A stretch of 4,170 nucleotides of DNA from a virus. Taxonomy: Duplodnaviria; Heunggongvirae; Uroviricota; Caudoviricetes. The stretch lies in the IMG/VR virus record IMGVR_UViG_2684622619_000033; one strand, 5' to 3'. The notes under the pieces are model-generated. The model ran no database searches. It was given only the letters and a program-made list of their open reading frames with translations, and was not told the origin of the DNA. This document shows, in pieces, positions 1 through 4,170 of this stretch (the stretch's first letter is position 1; the number at the start of each line of letters is the position of its first letter). Made by a program: the position numbers and the translations under genes.

Positions 1-1119
1 TCAAATAACCAACTTAACCCATTCCTGACCTCGAGTATCGTTATAGCGATCGGTGGTTGCCTGGACTTTATGTCCTAGTAATGTTTTTGTATCGATACCC
101 TGTGCACGGTACAGCCGTTCTGATAGAGAGCGTTGTTCATGAAATGTTGGCGGAGTTTTTCCTGCTGGTGGAATTACCCCAGCCAGATCCCGTGCTTTGG
201 CAAAGTAGTCGCTCAGGTTGTCTTTACTCATCGGCTTCGGTTGTTTCTGGTGCCGACTATGGATTAGATATGGACTTAATATTCTGTCTCGGCACCCATC
301 AATAACTTCTTTTAACGTTATCCCAATGGCATCACAGCGTAGTGTAAGCGGTAACGCCAGACGCATTCCGGTTTTTCCCTGGGTGATATGCAAGTGTTCG
401 TTCCACACATCTGAAAAACGCATGTGGCAAATGTCATCACGGCGCTGACCAGTAACAATCGCAAGAAGCATTGCGTTACGGATAAAGTGTTTTTCAGGCG
501 TTGCATTGTAAATTTTTTGCCAGTCTTCCATGGTGAGCCTGGCTCTGGTTACTTTAGGGATCGGTTTACGGGTAGCCTCCGGAGGATTCCATCCAGGAGG
601 AACTTCCCCTGCATGCTGTGCTTCTTTATAAATATCAACCCATAATCCACGATTTACTCTCGCTGTACTGACCATGTCTTTATCCAGCCACTCATCCAGT
701 ATTAATGCAAAGTCTCTTACTTCCAGTTCTTTCAATGGGTGGTTTCCCAGACGGGAAACCAGGTATGCAGCCATTCGAGTTTTTTCTTTGTGAGTTGTAG
801 CTGCAATATCTCCATTTTTCAGTCGCGTGTCCTGTATTTTCAGATATCGATCAACCCATGCCTTTAATCTGATACCCCGACGTTTTGTTGCTGACGGACT
901 TTCATCAATTTTGCGCATGAAATATTCAGCTTCTGCTGCAGCTATTCGCTGATTGGCTGTGGAAGCGATTTTTTCTGCCTTACCTTTGTCTGTTCCGAGT
1001 CCGTGAAATTTTCCAGTCACAGGATTTTTATACTGGTAGTAAACTCTGCCAGTTCTGCGATCAAACTTTTCGTAAAGACCGGCTACGTCAGTGCTGTTTT
1101 TTCGTGGCCTCGGTGACAT
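1..1119 (-). CDS. int: Phage integrase, lambda Int-family tyrosine recombinase (372 aa, complete)
   Basis: Complete ORF with stop at 1-3 and ATG at 1117-1119; on the minus strand AAGGAGA lies 9 nt upstream of the ATG. C-terminal region HEQRSLSERLY...LLGHKVQATTDRYNDTRGQEW aligns by eye with lambda Int HELRSLSARLY...LLGHKSDTMASQYRDDRGREW, including the catalytic Tyr; box-I-like VTGQRRDDICHMRFSDV also present. Confidence 0.93.
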   Translation of the reverse strand: MSPRPRKNSTDVAGLYEKFDRRTGRVYYQYKNPVTGKFHGLGTDKGKAEKIASTANQRIAAAEAEYFMRKIDESPSATKRRGIRLKAWVDRYLKIQDTRLKNGDIAATTHKEKTRMAAYLVSRLGNHPLKELEVRDFALILDEWLDKDMVSTARVNRGLWVDIYKEAQHAGEVPPGWNPPEATRKPIPKVTRARLTMEDWQKIYNATPEKHFIRNAMLLAIVTGQRRDDICHMRFSDVWNEHLHITQGKTGMRLALPLTLRCDAIGITLKEVIDGCRDRILSPYLIHSRHQKQPKPMSKDNLSDYFAKARDLAGVIPPAGKTPPTFHEQRSLSERLYRAQGIDTKTLLGHKVQATTDRYNDTRGQEWVKLVI

Positions 1120-1357
1120 GAGTTAAAATCTCCTTCAGTGCATCATCATCGCCAGTATGAATTTCCGGCGCAATTCCCGTTTCACCAGGCCCAACAAATA
1201 CTGCTCGGCGATCTATCAGCCAACGCCCACGAATTTTTTGTGGTCTTGGAACGATGTATCCTAGTTTTCCGTATTTCACCAGGGTAGTGTTTGTTATTGG
1301 GAGACTGAACCGTTTTGGTTTCCACTCGTCGAGCGTTATCAGGTACTGTTCGCTCAT
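1088..1357 (-). CDS. xis: Excisionase (Xis-like, about 89 aa from the first ATG)
   Basis: ORF overlaps the int start by 32 nt, as in lambda xis-int. N-terminus MSEQYLITLDEW resembles lambda Xis MYLTLQEW. The track ORF begins at GTG 1364-1366; the first ATG is 1355-1357, with GGAG 8 nt upstream on the minus strand. Start choice is uncertain. Confidence 0.75.
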   Translation of the reverse strand: MSEQYLITLDEWKPKRFSLPITNTTLVKYGKLGYIVPRPQKIRGRWLIDRRAVFVGPGETGIAPEIHTGDDDALKEILTHVTEATKKQH

Positions 1358-1376
1358 GGCTATCACTCCGGAACGC

Positions 1377-1406
1377 GCCAGTTGCAGAATATCAACGACA
1401 ACTGGC
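1377..1406. repeat. 8-bp inverted repeat GCCAGTTG-N14-CAACTGGC just upstream of the xis ribosome-binding site
   Basis: Read directly: GCCAGTTG at 1377-1384 and its reverse complement CAACTGGC at 1399-1406. No U-tract follows on either strand, so it is not an obvious intrinsic terminator. Confidence 0.4.
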
Positions 1407-1497
1407 GACGGTTGAACATTAAAAATCAGCCTGACTCGGGATCAGTTTTTGCCAGATAACTGAAACGTATTTTGCCTGGTAACGGGCGTCATCAAGT

Positions 1498-1548
1498 NNN
1501 NNNNNNNNNNNNNNNNNNNNNNNNNNNNNNNNNNNNNNNNNNNNNNNN
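1498..1548. other. Run of 51 N (masked or unresolved sequence)
   Basis: Literal n characters in the sequence; nothing inside can be interpreted. Confidence 1.
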
Positions 1549-1674
1549 ATCGGTCATAATGGCAGATTGCGCTTCGCGTGATTGCTTAAGCCACCATTTA
1601 ATGGTGTCCCTCGCCGTGTGCTTTCGTGTTGTGTGCCTGCTTTTTACCACGTCAGGCGAGGTGGTCCCCGTTAT

Positions 1675-1720
1675 TCCCCAACAACAAGGATCTTGTTAAT
1701 CTGGATATCCCCAACAACAA
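1675..1720 (+). repeat. Two exact 13-bp direct repeats TCCCCAACAACAA (1675-1687 and 1708-1720), 33 bp apart
   Basis: Read directly. The repeats sit 15-60 bp upstream of the proposed start of the 1735-2250 ORF and bracket an imperfect palindrome ACAACAA-GGATC-TTGTTAA. Confidence 0.7.
1698..1710. repeat. Left arm of a perfect 13-bp inverted repeat (AATCTGGATATCC)
   Basis: Reverse complement equals GGATATCCAGATT at 2265-2277. Core GGATATCC is itself palindromic. A TTGTTAA heptamer adjoins both arms (1694-1700 and 2276-2282). Confidence 0.7.
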
Positions 1721-1734
1721 TAAGAGTATTGAAT

Positions 1735-2250
1735 GTGATCGCTGAATTAACGGCAGCAATGACGGCTATTCGTGAAACCGCCCAGATTGCAAAACTAATG
1801 AACGAGGCAAAAACTCAAGCTGAAGTAAATGCGGCTATTGGTGAACTGAACTCAAAGCTTGCATCTATTCAGCGCGAATGCGTGTCTCTCGTTGAGCTGG
1901 TGGGCACTTATCAAGAAATAAATGCTTCTCTCAAAGCTAAAATTGCAGAATTTGAAAACTTTGAGGCTCAGACGGAAGGTTATATCCTTAGCCAACTTGA
2001 GTCGGGAACTTTTGTGTACTCGAAGGAGGTAACCGTGAACGGCGGCAGCATAATCATGCATCTTTGTCCAAAATGTTTTGGACAAAAGATAGTATCGATA
2101 CTTCAGCCATTCCCGGTTAGAGAATATGAATTTTTTCATAAAAGCAGGTGCCTGTACTGTGAAAATCAGTTTCTTATGAATAAAAATCCGGATTACGTAT
2201 CACCTCCATCTATTGAAGAGTTGGCCAGAAAACTGAACGGCAATCTGTAG
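1735..2250 (+). CDS. Hypothetical protein, N-terminal coiled-coil plus C-terminal C4 zinc ribbon (about 171 aa)
   Basis: Long ORF ending at TAG 2248-2250. The track's 5' extension from 1582 is R/P/C-rich and looks non-coding. Start placed at in-frame GTG 1735 (AAGAG 8 nt upstream); alternatives are TTG 1729 and ATG 1759. Residues IAELTAAMTAIRETAQIAKLMNEAK...KAKIAEFENFEAQ look alpha-helical; the C-terminus has CPKC-x24-CLYC. Confidence 0.6.
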   Translation: MIAELTAAMTAIRETAQIAKLMNEAKTQAEVNAAIGELNSKLASIQRECVSLVELVGTYQEINASLKAKIAEFENFEAQTEGYILSQLESGTFVYSKEVTVNGGSIIMHLCPKCFGQKIVSILQPFPVREYEFFHKSRCLYCENQFLMNKNPDYVSPPSIEELARKLNGNL

Positions 2251-2264
2251 ATTTTTACTGTTAT

Positions 2265-2277
2265 GGATATCCAGATT
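2265..2277. repeat. Right arm of the perfect 13-bp inverted repeat (GGATATCCAGATT)
   Basis: Exact reverse complement of 1698-1710; lies 15 bp after the stop codon of the 1735-2250 ORF. Confidence 0.7.
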
Positions 2278-2289
2278 GTTAAAGAGCAT

Positions 2290-2313
2290 GCCGGATGCTT
2301 GCTTGTGTCCGGC
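2290..2313. terminator. GC-rich hairpin between the convergent ORFs (GCCGGA-N12-TCCGGC); weak terminator candidate
   Basis: 6-bp stem read directly. On the minus-strand transcript it is followed by AUGCUCUUU, a poor U-tract; on the plus strand no U-tract follows. Confidence 0.2.
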
Positions 2314-2364
2314 GCGTGTGCACCACTCTCCCCCCGTGGAGGATTCCTTAATTACCAGATTTCA

Positions 2365-2595
2365 TTAGTCAGAGTTTCTTGCTAACCAGCGACGCGCGCC
2401 AGATTCGGTTTTAAACGTTTTGCTTTTGGTATACGTCATCGCGGTGAACGTGCCGTCCTGGTTGGGAAACACGCCGCACACCAGAGATTCGTTGTTGCCA
2501 AGATCAAGAGTATCCATGCTGACCTCATATCCCCTTAACGCCGGGGTAGCGGAACAAAAACCTGCTGCATAGTTAAAGTTGAACCCTGCCGTCAT
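2365..2595 (-). CDS. Hypothetical small protein (76 aa), first ORF downstream of the leftward promoter
   Basis: ORF with ATG at 2593-2595 and GAGG about 9 nt upstream on the minus strand; stop TAA at 2365-2367. Sits about 95 nt downstream of a near-consensus minus-strand promoter. No family recognised; not Arg-rich like lambda N. Confidence 0.5.
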   Translation of the reverse strand: MTAGFNFNYAAGFCSATPALRGYEVSMDTLDLGNNESLVCGVFPNQDGTFTAMTYTKSKTFKTESGARRWLARNSD

Positions 2596-2674
2596 GTTCT
2601 TACGCCTCGGGCTGGCTACTTAATCCCTGACCACTGCCGGGTAACTCTAGGTATTGCCCTGTATTGTGTGGGAC

Positions 2675-2692
2675 GGGATGGGTTGGTATGGG
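2675..2692. repeat. Direct repeat copy 1: GGGATGGGTTGGTATGGG (copy 2 at 3064-3082)
   Basis: Read directly. Matches 3064-3082 GGATGGGGTTGGTATGGGG apart from G-run length. This copy lies at the predicted start of the leftward transcript. Confidence 0.7.
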
Positions 2693-2695
2693 AAA

Positions 2696-2724
2696 ACTAT
2701 AGGAAATGCCTAATTGCTTGTCAA
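2696..2724 (-). promoter_or_regulatory. pL-like sigma70 promoter, TTGACA-17 bp-TATAGT on the minus strand
   Basis: Plus-strand TGTCAA at 2719-2724 is TTGACA on minus; plus-strand ACTATA at 2696-2701 is TATAGT on minus; spacer is exactly 17 bp. It fires leftward toward the 2365-2595 ORF, xis and int. Confidence 0.6.
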
Positions 2725-2758
2725 TAGGCTACGCCTAATGATTTGGGTGCGACCTAAT
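2698..2758. promoter_or_regulatory. OL-like operator cluster built on half-site ATTAGGC / GCCTAAT
   Basis: Near-perfect 7-3-7 palindrome AATAGGC-TAC-GCCTAAT at 2723-2739 abutting the -35. Weaker site TATAGGA-AAT-GCCTAAT at 2698-2714 overlapping the -10. Possible third site ending in ACCTAAT at 2752-2758. Centres of the first two are 25 bp apart. Confidence 0.55.
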
Positions 2759-2832
2759 AGGTGATGGTTTGTGGGAGAGGTAGTAGGAGTTAACTAACGG
2801 GAACTAGGAATTTCCCGTCGGACCATATAAGT

Positions 2833-3309
2833 TTAAGTTCCTGTCTTGGTGATGTTCTGGCTTTTCCGTTTTGATTCTTGATTTTTCAGATAGTTAGCTA
2901 CCTTCATTTCCATTGCGGCAATGTAGGCACGAACGTCATGATCAACCCAACTAGGCTCCGTAGCATTTCCAGATAAGAGGAAAGCCACAATTGCTCTTTT
3001 TTCATCAGAGGCGGCTTGATAAAGGCTGTTTATGTCTAAAAGTTCACTTTTTGTATCTGAAGTGGATGGGGTTGGTATGGGGTATTCGTTAAGCCCCCAA
3101 TGCTCTGGACCAACCACATCAGAAAAGAAACGCCATAGTTCTGGAAGTTTGTCTTTACTTATCGAACCTTTCTTAATCCAGTCATGGATTGATGGTGGTT
3201 GGACTTTGAAATGACGTGCGATTTCCGCCTTTGATTTGACGGCTCCTGATGCAATTTTTTTGTTAATGGCCTGCTCTATCGCTCGGCCTAAGTCTTTACC
3301 ACTAAGCAT
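2833..3309 (-). CDS. racR: CI-type prophage repressor, HTH only, no S24 peptidase domain (158 aa); RacR-like
   Basis: ORF with ATG at 3307-3309 and AGGAGA 10 nt upstream on the minus strand; stop TAA at 2833-2835. HTH-like segment KSKAEIARHFKVQPPSIHDWIKKG. Diverges from a Cro-like gene across an operator-rich spacer. The length and neighbours match my recollection of the Rac racR-ydaS-ydaT region; the symbol is a family-level guess needing BLAST. Confidence 0.85.
   Translation of the reverse strand: MLSGKDLGRAIEQAINKKIASGAVKSKAEIARHFKVQPPSIHDWIKKGSISKDKLPELWRFFSDVVGPEHWGLNEYPIPTPSTSDTKSELLDINSLYQAASDEKRAIVAFLLSGNATEPSWVDHDVRAYIAAMEMKVANYLKNQESKRKSQNITKTGT
3064..3082. repeat. Direct repeat copy 2: GGATGGGGTTGGTATGGGG, inside the repressor coding sequence
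   Basis: Read directly. On the minus strand it encodes the PIPTPS segment of the repressor. Confidence 0.7.
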
Positions 3310-3336
3310 TGCTTAATAGTCTCCTATGCGCATCGC

Positions 3337-3404
3337 ATTAGGCAATACCTACTCTCGAAGCGTTAGGCATAGCCTATTGACAGTTGCATTAGGCTAAGCC
3401 TAAT
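3337..3404. promoter_or_regulatory. OR-like tripartite operator: O3 3337-3353, O2 3362-3378, O1 3388-3404
   Basis: O1 ATTAGGC-TAA-GCCTAAT is a perfect 17-bp palindrome. O2 is GTTAGGC-ATA-GCCTATT (one mismatch per half). O3 is ATTAGGC-AAT-ACCTACT (right half degenerate). Centres are 25 and 26 bp apart, between the divergent repressor and Cro-like genes. Confidence 0.7.
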
Positions 3405-3406
3405 AT
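3377..3406 (+). promoter_or_regulatory. PR-like sigma70 promoter, TTGACA-18 bp-TAATAT, driving the Cro-like operon
   Basis: -35 TTGACA at 3377-3382 and -10 TAATAT at 3401-3406; the -10 overlaps O1. GGAG at 3422-3425 and ATG at 3434 follow. Confidence 0.65.
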
Positions 3407-3433
3407 TATTGTGTGTTTTTTGGAGTTCATTCG

Positions 3434-3757
3434 ATGAAAAAAGATAACTATTCATTCAAACGAGCTTGTGCTGTTGTCGGTGGGCAATCAGCAATGGCTA
3501 GGCTTTTAGGTGTATCTCCTCCAAGCGTAAATCAATGGATCAAAGGTGTACGTCAGTTGCCTGCTGAGAGATGTCCTGCGATTGAACGAGCAACAAAAGG
3601 TGGTGTCCTGTGTGAAGAACTTCGTCCTGATGTTGATTGGACATACTTACGACGCTCGTCATGTTATTCGCAGAATATGTCGATGAAGCAACCAAATGAC
3701 GAAAACGATCATACCCGAAGCATCAAGAGGCAAATGATTCATGAAAATCAAACATGA
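3434..3757 (+). CDS. ydaS: Cro-like HTH regulator (YdaS-like, 107 aa)
   Basis: ATG 3434 with GGAG 8 nt upstream; stop TGA 3755-3757. HTH segment GGQSAMARLLGVSPPSVNQWIKGV is Cro/YdaS-like. The track ORF starts 21 nt earlier at an ATG without an RBS. Symbol from recall, needs BLAST. Confidence 0.85.
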   Translation: MKKDNYSFKRACAVVGGQSAMARLLGVSPPSVNQWIKGVRQLPAERCPAIERATKGGVLCEELRPDVDWTYLRRSSCYSQNMSMKQPNDENDHTRSIKRQMIHENQT

Positions 3758-4019
3758 GCACATCCGCATGGCGATGAATGCCTGGGCATATCCTGATGGT
3801 GAGAAAGTTCCTGCAGCTGAAATAGCCCGGACTTATTTCGAACTGGGGATGACGTTCCCGGAACTGTACGACGACAGCCATCCGGAAGCCCTGGCTCGTA
3901 ATACNNNNNNNNNNNNNNNNNNNNNNNNNNNNNNNNNNNNNNNNNNNNNNNNNNTTGACCAACAATATTCATGCCGGATTTCTTCCGGATGTTCGAGGGT
4001 AAAGTTCGGTATCAGATGA
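3741..4019 (+). CDS. ydaT: YdaT-like protein in the cII position; 3' portion obscured by the N-run
   Basis: ATG 3741 with AAGAGG 10 nt upstream; overlaps the Cro-like stop by 17 nt. N-terminus MKIKHEHI matches my recollection of Rac YdaT; the rest is diverged. Frame and stop after the 50-N mask cannot be fixed; candidate stops are 4000-4002, 4017-4019 and 4022-4024. Confidence 0.5.
   Translation: MKIKHEHIRMAMNAWAYPDGEKVPAAEIARTYFELGMTFPELYDDSHPEALARNXXXXXXXXXXXXXXXXXXDQQYSCRISSGCSRVKFGIR
3905..3954. other. Run of 50 N (masked or unresolved sequence) inside the YdaT-like gene
   Basis: Literal n characters. The length is not a multiple of 3, so the downstream reading frame is undetermined. 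Confidence 1.
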
Positions 4020-4026
4020 GGTGAGT

Positions 4027-4170
4027 ATGGCTAATGCCTGGCTCAGATTGTGGCATGACATGCCAAATGATCCCAAATGGCGAACCATTGCCAGGGTCTC
4101 AGGACAGCCAATCGCAACAGTGATGGCGGTGTATATCCACCTTCTGGTGAGTGCGTCACGAAATGTCACG
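4027..4170 (+). CDS. 5' end of a plus-strand gene (48 codons, runs off the window); possibly a replication-module protein
   Basis: ATG 4027 preceded by GAGGTGA; translates without stops to the window end as MANAWLRLWHDMPNDPKWRTIARVSGQPIATVMAVYIHLLVSASRNVT. Absent from the ORF track because it has no in-window stop. Its position after the cII-like gene suggests an O/YdaU-like function; this is unverified. Confidence 0.6.
   Translation, partial: MANAWLRLWHDMPNDPKWRTIARVSGQPIATVMAVYIHLLVSASRNVT

Noticed and set aside
57-645. Plus-strand ORFs 57-305, 218-448 and 424-645, and minus-strand ORF 318-506
   Set aside because: All lie inside the well-supported integrase gene, have no convincing ribosome-binding sites, and have Cys/Trp/Arg-rich translations typical of shadow ORFs.
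1472-1734. Plus-strand ORF 1472-1699 and the 1582-1734 extension of the coiled-coil ORF
   Set aside because: The first spans the N-run. Both translate to R/P/C-rich, non-protein-like sequence. The helical protein is more plausibly initiated at 1735 (or 1729/1759).
1852-2139. Minus-strand 95-aa ORF antisense to the coiled-coil ORF
   Set aside because: It is entirely antisense within a more protein-like ORF, with a K/F/L/Y-rich low-complexity translation. A real overlapping gene cannot be excluded without expression data.
1735-2250. Calling the coiled-coil ORF a DksA/TraR-family protein
   Set aside because: The architecture is superficially similar, but the CxxC-x24-CxxC spacing differs from the roughly 17-residue spacing I recall for DksA/TraR, so no family name is asserted.
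2797-2818. Hairpin ACGGGAA-N8-TTCCCGT just downstream of the repressor stop, as a possible terminator
   Set aside because: No U-tract follows on either strand, so an intrinsic terminator is not supported.
3032-3214. Plus-strand 60-aa ORF inside the repressor gene
   Set aside because: Antisense to a confident CDS with no start signals.
3310-3376. A specific PRM promoter for the repressor
   Set aside because: No acceptable -35/-10 pair was found on the minus strand; the promoter may be weak and activator-dependent as in lambda, so no coordinates are asserted.
3723-3972. Minus-strand ORFs 3723-3965 and 3748-3972
   Set aside because: Both run through the 50-N mask and are antisense to the Cro-like/YdaT-like operon.
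3969-4169. Minus-strand 66-aa ORF at the right edge
   Set aside because: Antisense to the plus-strand gene starting at 4027, which has a good ribosome-binding site and a clean open frame to the window end.
1-4170. CRISPR array, tRNA, rRNA or insertion-sequence ends
   Set aside because: No regularly spaced 28-37 bp repeats, no cloverleaf-compatible sequence noticed, and no terminal inverted repeats with a transposase ORF.

Overview
This window reads as the integration and immunity arm of a compact lambdoid, Rac-like prophage. From left to right: a complete lambda-family tyrosine integrase (1-1119, minus) overlapping an excisionase (1088-1357, minus); a ~1.5 kb variable interval with two hypothetical ORFs in convergent orientation (1735-2250 plus, a coiled-coil plus C4 zinc-ribbon protein; 2365-2595 minus, 76 aa); a 158-aa CI-type repressor without a peptidase domain (2833-3309, minus) flanked by two operator/promoter clusters built on the half-site ATTAGGC; a Cro-like HTH gene (3434-3757, plus); a YdaT-like gene (3741-~4019, plus); and the first 48 codons of a further plus-strand gene (4027-4170). 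Two runs of N (1498-1548, 3905-3954) mask real sequence. The best candidate for something undescribed is the 1735-2250 ORF, which is flanked by a perfect 13-bp inverted repeat and preceded by tandem 13-bp direct repeats. All family assignments are from reading the translations by eye and from recall; no database search was run.
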